A stretch of DNA of 64,000 nucleotides. Origin: an uncultured bacterium (GTDB taxonomy: Bacteria; Acidobacteriota; HRBIN11; JAKEFK01). This document shows, one piece after another, positions 41,814 through 51,718 of this stretch. The stretch's first letter is position 1; each line of letters starts with the position of its first letter. The stretch lies in NCBI GenBank assembly GCA_963777505.1, contig CAVZQN010000001.1:256001-320000 (forward strand). The letters run 5' to 3'. The notes beneath the pieces are model-generated. The model searched no databases. It was given only the letters and a program-made list of their open reading frames with translations, and was not told where the DNA came from. A program made the position numbers and the translations under genes.

Positions 41814-43538
41814 CTAAGACACGCGACGTTTGGAACGGATCGTAGAAATGGCGGCGAATCCCAATCCAAAAAAAAGACCAACCCCCAGACCGGCCCAAAA
41901 CTTGGGGCTTTCAAGAACACTGGCAATAACACTACCGACCGTAGGTGCAGGAGGTTTTTGAAGCAAATATGACGCTATGACCTCTGCTTGTTCGCGCGTT
42001 AGATTGAGGGGTGGCATCTGAGCATTCGGTTCATCAAAACTAGGATATAGAAGTCGATTAATTACCCATAATTTCACGCGGTCTTTATGTTTTGCTGAAA
42101 TCACTTCTTTGCGTGCAACCTTACTTGCTTGTATCTTTTTATCCGGATTTGCATCCAGACGCGCAATGAGAGCCGCATAGGAAGGATCAAGTACTCTTGA
42201 TTCCACACGTGTTTCCAAAGAGTTTTTATCAAGTGACGGCCCTTGAGTATTTCCTACGCCATTGAGTGAATGACACTTCAAACAACTCAGTGAGTTGATA
42301 AGTTCAGCGGGCCCTGTGCCAGGTCCAATGATGCTGGAATGAGCGCGACCTGGTTCGTATCGCATCACCATAACTACTCCACTGTTACCAACAGGAAGGA
42401 TCGGACAGAAATAAAGACCCTCAGTTGAAAGCGCGAGGCCAACAACTCCCTGGCCATGCTTTTTAGCTACAAAATGTACTAGGTATTTCGGGCTTCCTAT
42501 GACCATTTTCTGGTTCAAATCAAATTCAACTGAGACGACTCCAGGGTTAAGTCTTTTAGTCTCGGAAGAAGCAATCAGAAATCGAGGATTCTGTTTCTGT
42601 TCCAATACATTTTGTTCCACTGGAGCAAACGCTACCTGGACTGGACAAATGGTTGGAGAAAAAACCGCTGCAGCGTTCGTTGCAATCGAATTATCCGTAC
42701 CGTCCCATGCATAGTCCCGGCCCGATTGGATCTCTAAAAATCGATCCAAACTGACACCATTTTCAGCAACAAACACGCGATCATCTACAACGGTCAAACC
42801 AAATGGATTGCGGAGACCAAATGCATAAACTGACGCAGGCTTTACTCCCGAAGAAGCAAAAAGATTTGATGGATGCGGTTTGCCATCCAGGGTGAGACGG
42901 AGTAGTTTTCCAAGCATCTTATCCAATGAGCCCGAACTGGAAGGATCACCTCCATCTCCCACACCGATGTAGATGCTGTCACCATCTACAACGCAACCGC
43001 CGATCTGATGAGAAAATGCAGATACATCGTCTTTGAATAATTCCAGATAGTCCTGCCGTTCTGATGCATTTCCTTCGAAAGTATGCGGTGTTGCGGTAAA
43101 ACGAGTGACTCCGTTTCGCAACACACCCAAATTGTCGCGATATGCATATGTAGTGAATACGTAGCCATGTTCGTCATCAAGACAAAGGCCGGCCATCCCT
43201 GCTTCTCCCGCCTCATCCGGCCATTCGGCTTTGGGTGAAAATGTTGGAATTCTCGCGAAAGTTGTAACAGTCGAATCGTTCGAAACCAACTTAATGACTC
43301 CGCGCAGTTCTGTAACGAACATTTTTGGAGATTTCGGATCTGATTTTGGATTCTTAATGATGGCGATCGCTGTCGGAAGTTGAAAGCCACTGGCGGCAAT
43401 TTTCAGTGAGTACCCTGCTTCTACTGCCCACTGCGATAATGGATCAAGTTTAGTATCAGTCATCGCCGCAACCGGCTTGAAAAATAGAATCAAGCCAGCA
43501 AGGAATACAGTAAGCAGGAGTTTTCGCAGCAAAGACAT
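41814..43538 (-). CDS. GSDH/PQQ sugar-dehydrogenase-like propeller fused to cytochrome c
   Basis: GFQLPTAI, GVGDGG, GKLLRLTLDG, FGLRNPFG; CLKCH heme motif; C-terminal TM anchor. Confidence 0.85.
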   Translation of the reverse strand: MSLLRKLLLTVFLAGLILFFKPVAAMTDTKLDPLSQWAVEAGYSLKIAASGFQLPTAIAIIKNPKSDPKSPKMFVTELRGVIKLVSNDSTVTTFARIPTFSPKAEWPDEAGEAGMAGLCLDDEHGYVFTTYAYRDNLGVLRNGVTRFTATPHTFEGNASERQDYLELFKDDVSAFSHQIGGCVVDGDSIYIGVGDGGDPSSSGSLDKMLGKLLRLTLDGKPHPSNLFASSGVKPASVYAFGLRNPFGLTVVDDRVFVAENGVSLDRFLEIQSGRDYAWDGTDNSIATNAAAVFSPTICPVQVAFAPVEQNVLEQKQNPRFLIASSETKRLNPGVVSVEFDLNQKMVIGSPKYLVHFVAKKHGQGVVGLALSTEGLYFCPILPVGNSGVVMVMRYEPGRAHSSIIGPGTGPAELINSLSCLKCHSLNGVGNTQGPSLDKNSLETRVESRVLDPSYAALIARLDANPDKKIQASKVARKEVISAKHKDRVKLWVINRLLYPSFDEPNAQMPPLNLTREQAEVIASYLLQKPPAPTVGSVIASVLESPKFWAGLGVGLFFGLGFAAISTIRSKRRVS

Positions 43539-43615
43539 GATCAAGAGAAGTGATTTTAACACGGGAATCTCTGCGTCTCTGCGGTTTAGGGTTCGCGCTT
43601 CTCGTGTGATACAGT

Positions 43616-43893
43616 ATGGCCACAATGCCTCTAGCTGCAGGCCAAAAGCTTGGTCCGTACGAAATCAGCGCTCCTCTCGGAGCAGGTGGAATGGGTGAGG
43701 TGTATCGAGCGAAAGATACACGTCTGGGTCGTGAGGTCGCGATTAAAATTTTGTCGGATGAATTTACTTCCAATCAAAATCGAATGGAACGATTGCCGGC
43801 ATTGTTCATCCCGATTTGAAACCTGAAAACATCATGATTTCCAAAGATGGTTTTGCCAAGATTCTTGATTTTGGGTTGGCGAAATCAATGACA
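43616..43893 (+). pseudogene. Ser/Thr kinase remnant with an internal deletion
   Basis: Near-identical to 51719-51895, then jumps to the DLKPEN/DFGLAK region (51719 gene near 52115-52200). Confidence 0.85.
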
Positions 43894-43894
43894 C

Positions 43895-43990
43895 AGGATC
43901 ATCCGCAGGCATCGCGGCAGCATTCTTGTTGAATCAAAACCAGGTAATAGTCGTTTCAAAGTTCGACTGCCTTTAAAGCAGCCCAACTAG
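43895..43990 (+). pseudogene. C-terminal remnant of a histidine kinase HATPase domain
   Basis: Translates as [31 protein letters not shown]. Confidence 0.6.
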
Positions 43991-44027
43991 GTTTCGTTTT
44001 CTTACATCTAGTGTAGCTTACTTCAAT

Positions 44028-45900
44028 TCAAGGTGTCTTCTTTCCACCACCAGAGTTTTTCCAAGCATGTCGTGTAGTACCTTGGACATTCGTACGCACC
44101 ACTTCCACTGTGTTCTCCGAGCCCCTGGTGGTTCTAATTACCTCCATAGCTTCTTCCGCAGACATTCCCGCGTCCTGAAATTCTTTAATAGCTTTCTGTT
44201 CTGCTACCGTGAGCTCGCCGGCGGTTGCATTAGGCTTCACATGTACAGATGTTCCACTGCCTTGTCTCCAGGAGGTATTGTGGGTTTTTACACCAGTCTT
44301 GTCTGTTCCTGATGCAATCCGTTTTTCACCCGAGCGGACAACAGTTCCAGTTTCAGCTTTCATTACTTCTTTTTCAGCCGTGCGAGTTGCGGCTCCCGTT
44401 TCAGTTTTCGTTACTTGTCGTTCAGCGGATCTAACAATCGCGCCGGTTTCGGCTTTAGTTATTGATGCTGTCTCCTTTGCCAAGAATTCTTCGCCGAATT
44501 GCAAGGCCTTTTTTCCCAGGAATTTTGATCCCGCGTATGCAAGAGACGCATAGTCAACGGGACCGTCAGTTGGGATCGCCTGTCCCGCACCGCGCGACCA
44601 TCGCTCCTTAAGCACGTTTCCATTCCTATCGTAATATGTTGTTTCAATGCCCCTTTGCACTTTATAGGCTTGAACTTCATTAGGGCCTTTCTTGCCGGAA
44701 GAGTCTACTTCCAAAATGGGACTCAAGTTCGTGATTGGATCCTTATCACCCTTCTGTTTGATATCCCATTCCGAAACCATTCCGTTTTCAAACGGAGTAA
44801 GCTCTTTGCCAAGATTGAGTTCCTTTAGCCGATCCTGCAGTCCAGACTGAGTCGCTGTGCGGGATTGAGTTGGGTGGAAATTCCGCGATTGGATATCTTT
44901 TAGGCCCAGATTATCGGCGTGTTCACGGGTCTTCGTTTGGTTGGTTTTTCCGGGATTAATAGTTTCGACTACGAACAATTCCCCACGTACCATATCCTGT
45001 GAGTACTGTCTTCGATCGAGCTTTTCTATCTTTTGTTGTCGGCTTTCAGGTTCGATAGTGTTTCCATTACGGTCGTAATATTTTGTCTCAAGACCCCTTT
45101 GCACTTTGTATGCTTCAGTGGGTCCTTTTGTTCCTGTCGAATCCAATCCAATAATGGGACTTACAGCCGTAATGCCTCCTTCTTTCATTTGTGGGTCCCA
45201 TTTTGAAACCAATCCTTTTTCAAAAGCAGTGAGATCTTTCCGTTGATTGAGTTCTTGGAGACGATCCTTCAAACCTGATTGAGTTGATGTGCGGTGTTGT
45301 TCCTGGTGATATTTCCTCGAAGCCACATCGCCCCTACTCCGATCTTCAACACGTTCAATGGTTTTGGTTTTGTCCGTGTTTCCTGGAGTAATCTTTTCAG
45401 CTACGAACAATTCACCCCGAACCATATCCTGTGGATATTGATTTTTGTGTAGTTTCTCCACTTGTTTCTGGCGAACGCCATCCGCACCGTTTTCGGCGAT
45501 TGCTTCTGCCGTAGCTTTGGCAGCAGCGGGCAACTTTACTGCAACAACTTCCGCAGCATTTTTCATGCTTTCATAAACGGATCCTGAGTCGCGATTCGCG
45601 ACTTGTTTTTGCAGATTTTCCTTAACAATCTGAGCTTGTATGTTATTTTGGCTCATGTGTTCAGTCGCGTTTTGTTTTGAACCTTGAGCCGCTCTTGCAG
45701 TTGCCTTAAAGTCTTCTGGCTCTTTTTTTTGTTGTGCTGGCGTGCCTGATTTAGCTTCCTTTGCTTGTGTTTTTACGCCACTTGCATCTGACGATGATGT
45801 CGACTTCGCTACGTCTTTCGATTCATCTTTCTGAATTTCTGGTGGCGGCGCCTGCGGAACTGTGGGATCCGGGTTCAGCCTTTGTGATTTGTGGTGGCAT
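44028..45900 (-). CDS. Orphan effector-like protein with an internal ~140-aa duplication and 16-aa repeats
   Basis: QYPQDMVRGELFV / QYSQDMVRGELFV duplication; TKAETG.. repeat x3. The real ATG is probably 45900 (GGAGG SD), needing an indel near 45880. Confidence 0.7.
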
Positions 45901-45952
45901 ACTTCCTCCAAAATATTTGCATTGCTACTTTCAAAAACCGCTTACAAGTCGG

Positions 45953-45979
45953 CAAGACATTTTTGAAAGAAATATTTCA
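45953..45979 (-). promoter_or_regulatory. Putative ECF promoter TGAAA-N15-TGTCTTG
   Basis: Core and spacing identical to 46627-46653 and 50983-51009. Confidence 0.7.
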
Positions 45980-45992
45980 TTCATTGTTGCGT

Positions 45993-46568
45993 TCATTGCT
46001 TTTGTCTTTCAATTTCTTCCATTTTCCGCTCAATTTTGAGCTGTTTATTTCTTATCGTTTCGTCGTCAAGAGTCTTTTGTGCCTTTTGCTGGTCCATGAC
46101 TTTCTCGAGTTCTTGCTGCTTTGAAGTGCCTTGCATATTCAATTCAAGATTCTTTTGAGCCTTTTGTTTTGCATCATCAATCGTGTATTTCCTGATGTGA
46201 TCGTCTTTGTGGTCAGGGTTAAGTGTTTTTAGCAATTGTTCTCTGCTTCCTGTGGAAAGGCGGTAATGAAATGCTTCTGCAGTTTTGGTACTGTCGGTTT
46301 GCAACATCTCATACATGTATTTTTTATTCTCAGGAGAGAGACCCTGAAACTGTTTTTGCAGTGAATCGACTCGAGCCCGTGCTGCTTTCCAATCTCCCTT
46401 TTGAACGGGTTGATTCAAAGTTTTGTGCAGATTGTTCACTTCCATATTTTGCTCATTCGTAATCTTCACTTCTCCTGGCGTAAGCTCTTTGCCATCATCC
46501 ATTCTTTGCTGATTCCAATAAGGGTCGGTTGTCGGTAAATTTGGGGAAGGATGTACTTTCGGTGCCAT
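45993..46568 (-). CDS. Orphan helical protein (effector-like)
   Basis: GGAGG SD, MAPKVHPSPNLP...; C-terminal coiled coil. Confidence 0.7.
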   Translation of the reverse strand: MAPKVHPSPNLPTTDPYWNQQRMDDGKELTPGEVKITNEQNMEVNNLHKTLNQPVQKGDWKAARARVDSLQKQFQGLSPENKKYMYEMLQTDSTKTAEAFHYRLSTGSREQLLKTLNPDHKDDHIRKYTIDDAKQKAQKNLELNMQGTSKQQELEKVMDQQKAQKTLDDETIRNKQLKIERKMEEIERQKQ

Positions 46569-46626
46569 ACTTCTAAACCTCCAAAAAATTTTCTTTTTGA
46601 GCGCTGTATCGCCCCATACAAGTCGA

Positions 46627-46653
46627 CAAGACATTTTTGGCAGAAGTATTTCA
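46627..46653 (-). promoter_or_regulatory. Putative ECF promoter TGAAA-N15-TGTCTTG
   Basis: Part of a 37-bp repeat with 33/37 identity to 45943-45979. Confidence 0.7.
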
Positions 46654-46678
46654 GGTAGGAGTTACTTTTTTTGAAGAT

Positions 46679-49600
46679 TTAGAGAGGCAACCACTGGCCG
46701 GATTCAATGAAACTGGCCCAAAAGAAGGGATGAGCGGTGCGGGAGTTTTTCATCATTTTCAACTTCACAGTGCGTAAAGCTTCAGCGCGTCCCAAACCTT
46801 GTTTAAGGTTCTTGTAGTAATTGGTCATAATTTCGCGAGTTGTGTAATCACTGACAGACCACAAGCTCATCACAAGCGATTCAGTCCCAGAAAGAAAAAA
46901 CGCACGCCGTAATCCGTATACACCTTCACCATTTTGAACTTGACCAAGACCTGTATCACAGGCGGATAATGTGACGAGTTTTGTTCCCCAAAGATTTAAT
47001 CCTGAAGCTTCCAATGCTGTAAGAATTCCGTCATCACTTCCACTTTGACGCGTGTTTGCTCCCGCAAAAGCAAGACCTGAGCGCAATAATGGATTTTGAA
47101 TCACAGCATTTGAACTGTTAAGCGCTGGTACATCCGTTAAGAAGAATCCATGAGTTGCAATATGCAAGATTTGCGGAGCAACAACCTGCTTTAATTTGGT
47201 TTCGGTTGCGTTCTTTCCCGTAAAAACATTCAGCTTCAGTGAAAAATGTTTTGATCGCTTGCGCTTCTTCACCCGTACCAGCTAATGGAGCAAAGTATAC
47301 ATTCGAAAGATCAGAAGCTGTGGTTACGCTCCTGCGATTTTTGTTCATTGCGATCTGTGCTGAATCCGAAATTTTTGGGTTCATGAGAGCGCGTGGGCCA
47401 AACATGGGATTTGCTAGCACAACAGGCTTACTTTTTGTTTGTCGTTCAAACTGAAGCCGCAAAAGATCTCGGCCGCTTGTCAAATACGAACATAAAAAGC
47501 TTTCGATTAGATAATGATCCTTTTCATCAACAAGTACTTCAAATGGAAAAAGATTCAGCTTGCCATCAGGTGATATCAGGAGGTGCTCATGCTTTTCAAG
47601 ATAGGGAAGAATTGGCTGAATTATTTTTTCATGAACGATCCTCCCGAATTGTTTCACGTCTTTGCGTGAAGGATCACCCAAACTTTGTCGCAATTTATCA
47701 ATCGATAAATCCACTTCATTGGCTTTACCTAAATCCTTTGAATGTATCTGTCCCTGATTAGGAATGACATAAGCAACATAACGCAAATCGTCTCCATCTT
47801 TGGAGTGATAAAGCGCAAACTCGATTAACACGGATCCGTTTGGAATTGCTTTGCGAATAGAGTCGAGTGTTATCGGCTGTTTCTGTGAAGAAAATTCTGC
47901 GTTGCGTCTGCTGATCTGATCTTGAAGCTTTTCAATTTTTTCTTCCAACTCGCGGCTTTCAGCTGTTGTTGAAAGTTCCGACGCATACAGTATCCGTTGA
48001 GCTAACTCAGAAGCCGATGCATTTATCTCATCCAACAGATTTTGATCATTCGGATCAGAATGGCTCCGCAATGATGAAAATGTATCAGCCATAGAATCAA
48101 GAACTCGGCCTTTGAACCGCATTATTACTGTTGCAGCAAGATCAGCGGCCTTCGAATCTTCGGGTGCGCTGTTCATATGGAGTGTAATATTTCTGCTCAT
48201 GTTTGTAGCAGTGGCGATAAGAGAACTTAGCTTTTGGCGTTCGGAACCGGCCGCGATAGCAAGTGCCAGATGATGTTCGACTACTTCATTCGCGCGGGAT
48301 TGATACTCAATTGCTTGCGCAATGTCATTCCTTCTGATGTAAACATCAGCGAGACCATTGAGCGGCTCAAGTAAAGTTGGCGATTCAGCACCCTCAGATT
48401 TTTCGGTGACCATAATCGAGCGACGGAACAATGGTTCTGCGGCATCGAATTCACTTTTTAAAACAGCAATTTGTCCGAGTACATTCAGCGCTTCAGAAAC
48501 GTGCGAATGATATGGGCCATGCATCTTTTCGTAAATCGAAAGAGCACGCCGGCTTACTTGCTCCGCAGAAGAATAATCCTTGAGCCCAATATAGGATGTA
48601 GCAAGTCTGGTAAGTACATCACCAAGTTGGGATGTATCATTTTTCCAGATTGTCTCCACAATTGATAGCGATCGCTTTAAGTATAATTCAGCGGCTGCAA
48701 AATCTCCCTTGGAATTGTTAATTTCACCGAGACTTACCAGAGCGTGCGCAATTCGCATCGGATTCGGTTTCGATGCCTTTTCACGTTTTTCCAGGATCTC
48801 TTTGTACATTTCTTCGCTATGCTGATAATCTCCCCTGGAAAGATATATGTTTGCAAGATTCGATTGTGCAACAAGAATTCCATTTTCATCATTCAATTTT
48901 TTAGCGATCTCCAAAGCGCGTTGATAATATGTTTCCGCTTCTTCGTATTCTCCCCGCCAGTAATGCATTCTTGCAATGTAATAAAGAACTTTCGAAGCCG
49001 GAATGCTATCTTTTCCTTTGGCATTTTCCACAGACACCAATTCGCGATGATAAAACTGCAGCGCAGTATTGAAGTCGCCAATGCTATCATGCAAATAACC
49101 GATACTGTGAAGCGCTTTTGCAAATTGCGGATCATCATTGGCAATTGAATTTTCCAGGATAGAAAGAGCGCGATTCAGCATTTCCTTGGACTCTGCGAAT
49201 TTTTGAGAATCAAGAAGATAGTTGCCGTAATCCATAAATGCATAGCCGGTAAGAAAGTGATTGCGATCAAGAGTCTTTTCTCGAATCATTACGGCCCGAG
49301 ATGCAAATGATTCTGTTTTAGACTGATTTTCAGTTTGACTATAGAAGCGCGCAAGATCACTGCACGATTCAGCAACGGCGGGGGATTCAGCACCAAATAA
49401 TTTTTCTCTGATTTCCAGTGCTTCAAGATAGAGCGGTTCGGCTTGTTCGTATTCTTCTTTACTGGTGTGAATATTTGCAAGTGTGTTCAGGGCCCGTGCA
49501 TAATCTGAATTTTCCTTGCCCCAAGTTTCTTCGAAAACACGCCTGCTTTCCTCAGCAATCGGAAGGGCATCATCATAATTTTCTTCCTCAGCCATCCGTG

Positions 49601-50024
49601 AAGATTGATAGAGATTCTGACGTGCTTTGAATATTAAACGATCATCGGAAGCAGCCGTACGGATTTTTTGTAGATAAATTGCATATTGCCCCTGCGCATT
49701 TTTTAAAGTAGGTTGTATCTCAATCCGATATTGGCCGGATTGATCAGCAAAAAAAGCCAACTGCTCTCGACCTTGATTTCTATTCTCTTGATCAAAAACC
49801 AAAATTTGTTTTCCATCGACGCCGTTTAATTTGATTACCACATCAACATTCATTTGTTCCACAACAACACATGCAAAATCACCTTCAGCAAGATTGATTT
49901 CAAACGATTGAGTTGTATTGCCGGAAATTTTGTTAGAAACGGTCTTTTCTGGTTCAAGTGGCGAGCTTTGAGCATTGAGCGATGATGAGAACAACACCAG
50001 AATCAATAAGAGGTATGCAAACAT
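46679..50024 (-). CDS. Exported TPR-CHAT protease (frameshift near 47229)
   Basis: Signal peptide, PPC-like domain, kinesin-light-chain-type TPRs, HIATHG, LSACDTG, HPFFWASF. Confidence 0.9.
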
Positions 50025-50037
50025 CGACGGTCCAGAA

Positions 50038-50967
50038 TTATTGAATTAAGACATGAAAAGGATAACCGCTGATGATTTCCTTATTCCCTCGTTCAGTGAT
50101 GCCAAGAACTTCCAAGACATAATCCTCCGACTTCAAAATCTTTGCAGGGAATTTCACTTCAACGGTGTGATTAATGCTTTGCTCTGCTTTGCTCTGCAAT
50201 AAAATTTCAGCCGTAGCCGAATTTTTCAAAACAGTTTTGTACATTGGAAAATCATCGCTTTCGAGTTTCAATGTGACTACAAGGAACTCAGTCGCTGCCG
50301 GAATTTTAATCTCCGGGACCGTGGAGATCTCTCTTTGCTGAGGCGAAAGCGTAAATGCAAATAGCTTCACTGGCGCGGAACCCTGATCTGCCATTTGCTT
50401 CTCCAGTGCTTCAAGTTTTTGTTTGGTGATAGCAAGTTCTGTTTCTTTTTGTCGATCCAGAGAATTACGTTGAGTAAGATCTCGCTGCAATTGTTCTTCG
50501 CGCTTTTTCAAGGCAGCGTGCTCTTCTTTCATCTGCGCAATTTGATCTTGCAATTGAAGGTTGCTTAGCAGCAGAAATCCAGCAAGGACGAGCATTCCAA
50601 TAGCCGCTGCGATCGCGATCCACTGGTATCTCCGTGAAGGTGCATATCGCTCCGAGCGGACCCACTCTCTCAGCTGAGCAGAACTGTCGGCATTGTCAGC
50701 ACGTCTGAGGATTGTCCGCGCAACCGCAACCTTTTCAAGTCGTGTGGCAGAAGTGAGATAGTGGGATTCAAACTGAGCCCGCCTATTTTCCGGAAGCTCA
50801 CCTCTGATGTAATCATCTATAAGTTCGCTTTCAACTGCTTCCAGAAATTCGGCAAACTCATCATCGGTCACACTTAATTGATCAAGCCGACTGGCTTCAG
50901 TTTCCGGCAAATCGCCGAGAAGATAATCTACGATCAATTGTTCGTTCAATGAAGAGTCAGGCAACAC
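50038..50967 (-). CDS. Putative anti-sigma factor (membrane-anchored)
   Basis: YLLGDLPE...ELIDDYIRGEL..FESHYL, TM helix, coiled coil; directly after the ECF sigma gene. Confidence 0.78.
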   Translation of the reverse strand: MLPDSSLNEQLIVDYLLGDLPETEASRLDQLSVTDDEFAEFLEAVESELIDDYIRGELPENRRAQFESHYLTSATRLEKVAVARTILRRADNADSSAQLREWVRSERYAPSRRYQWIAIAAAIGMLVLAGFLLLSNLQLQDQIAQMKEEHAALKKREEQLQRDLTQRNSLDRQKETELAITKQKLEALEKQMADQGSAPVKLFAFTLSPQQREISTVPEIKIPAATEFLVVTLKLESDDFPMYKTVLKNSATAEILLQSKAEQSINHTVEVKFPAKILKSEDYVLEVLGITERGNKEIISGYPFHVLIQ

Positions 50968-50982
50968 TCTACCTCAATAATA

Positions 50983-51009
50983 CAAGACAAAATTTTGAGA
51001 TTTGTTTCA
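50983..51009 (-). promoter_or_regulatory. Putative ECF promoter overlapping the sigma-factor stop codon
   Basis: TGAAA-CAAATCTCAAAATTT-TGTCTTG; the TGA is the sigma gene's stop codon. Confidence 0.65.
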
Positions 51010-51606
51010 CTTATCATTGTTTAAACATTTCCGGATGCATGATTCGAGCTTAATTCGAATGCGACAAGCTCGAATGGTGAGGGCGTTCATCGAAACACCT
51101 AATTTAGCCGCAATTAATTTGCGATTTTCGATCCGCACACGGCGTTCGCCTTGATAGTACCCAAGGATTACAATCCGCTCTTCCGGATCCAGGGTTTGCA
51201 AACATTTATCCAGGCAATTTGAGCGCTGCTGCTCCCATTCTCCTTCTTCCTGAAATTGCGGAGAACTAGCTAGATCTTGATGAAGAGGTTCGTTATGCTC
51301 GCGTTGTCGCAGAGATTCTAAAAAAACATAACGGGCAGTATTGAAACAGAATTGGGAAGGGGTGCTTCCGGTAATTTCTCCTTCTTCTTCCAATCTTCGC
51401 GCTACGCGATTCAAAGTCTCATCGGCTAATTCTTGAGGAAAAGAACAATTCTTTCGATCGAAATATTGAACCAGACGACGACGTATAACAACATAACGCT
51501 GACCACCAGATTCAAGGCTCTCATCAAGCCAACCTATTAAGCGCTGGAATGCACTTTGGGTCAGCACAAATCTTGTTTTTCTGTCCGGCTTTGGGAGATT
51601 CGCCAT
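51007..51606 (-). CDS. ECF-type sigma-70 factor
   Basis: Region 2 (ELADETLNRV, ARYVFLESLR) and region 4 (CLQTLDPEER...IAAKLGVSMNALTIRACRIRIKLESC). Confidence 0.88.
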   Translation of the reverse strand: MANLPKPDRKTRFVLTQSAFQRLIGWLDESLESGGQRYVVIRRRLVQYFDRKNCSFPQELADETLNRVARRLEEEGEITGSTPSQFCFNTARYVFLESLRQREHNEPLHQDLASSPQFQEEGEWEQQRSNCLDKCLQTLDPEERIVILGYYQGERRVRIENRKLIAAKLGVSMNALTIRACRIRIKLESCIRKCLNNDK

Positions 51607-51718
51607 GTTTGTTATCAAGACGATCGTGTTACCGATTTTCTAATATTTTGATTGTATTGCCAATGCTTGGCGGATGAAACCAGCGGGTTTATTTAGGTCT
51701 CAACACGTGTGATAGAGT

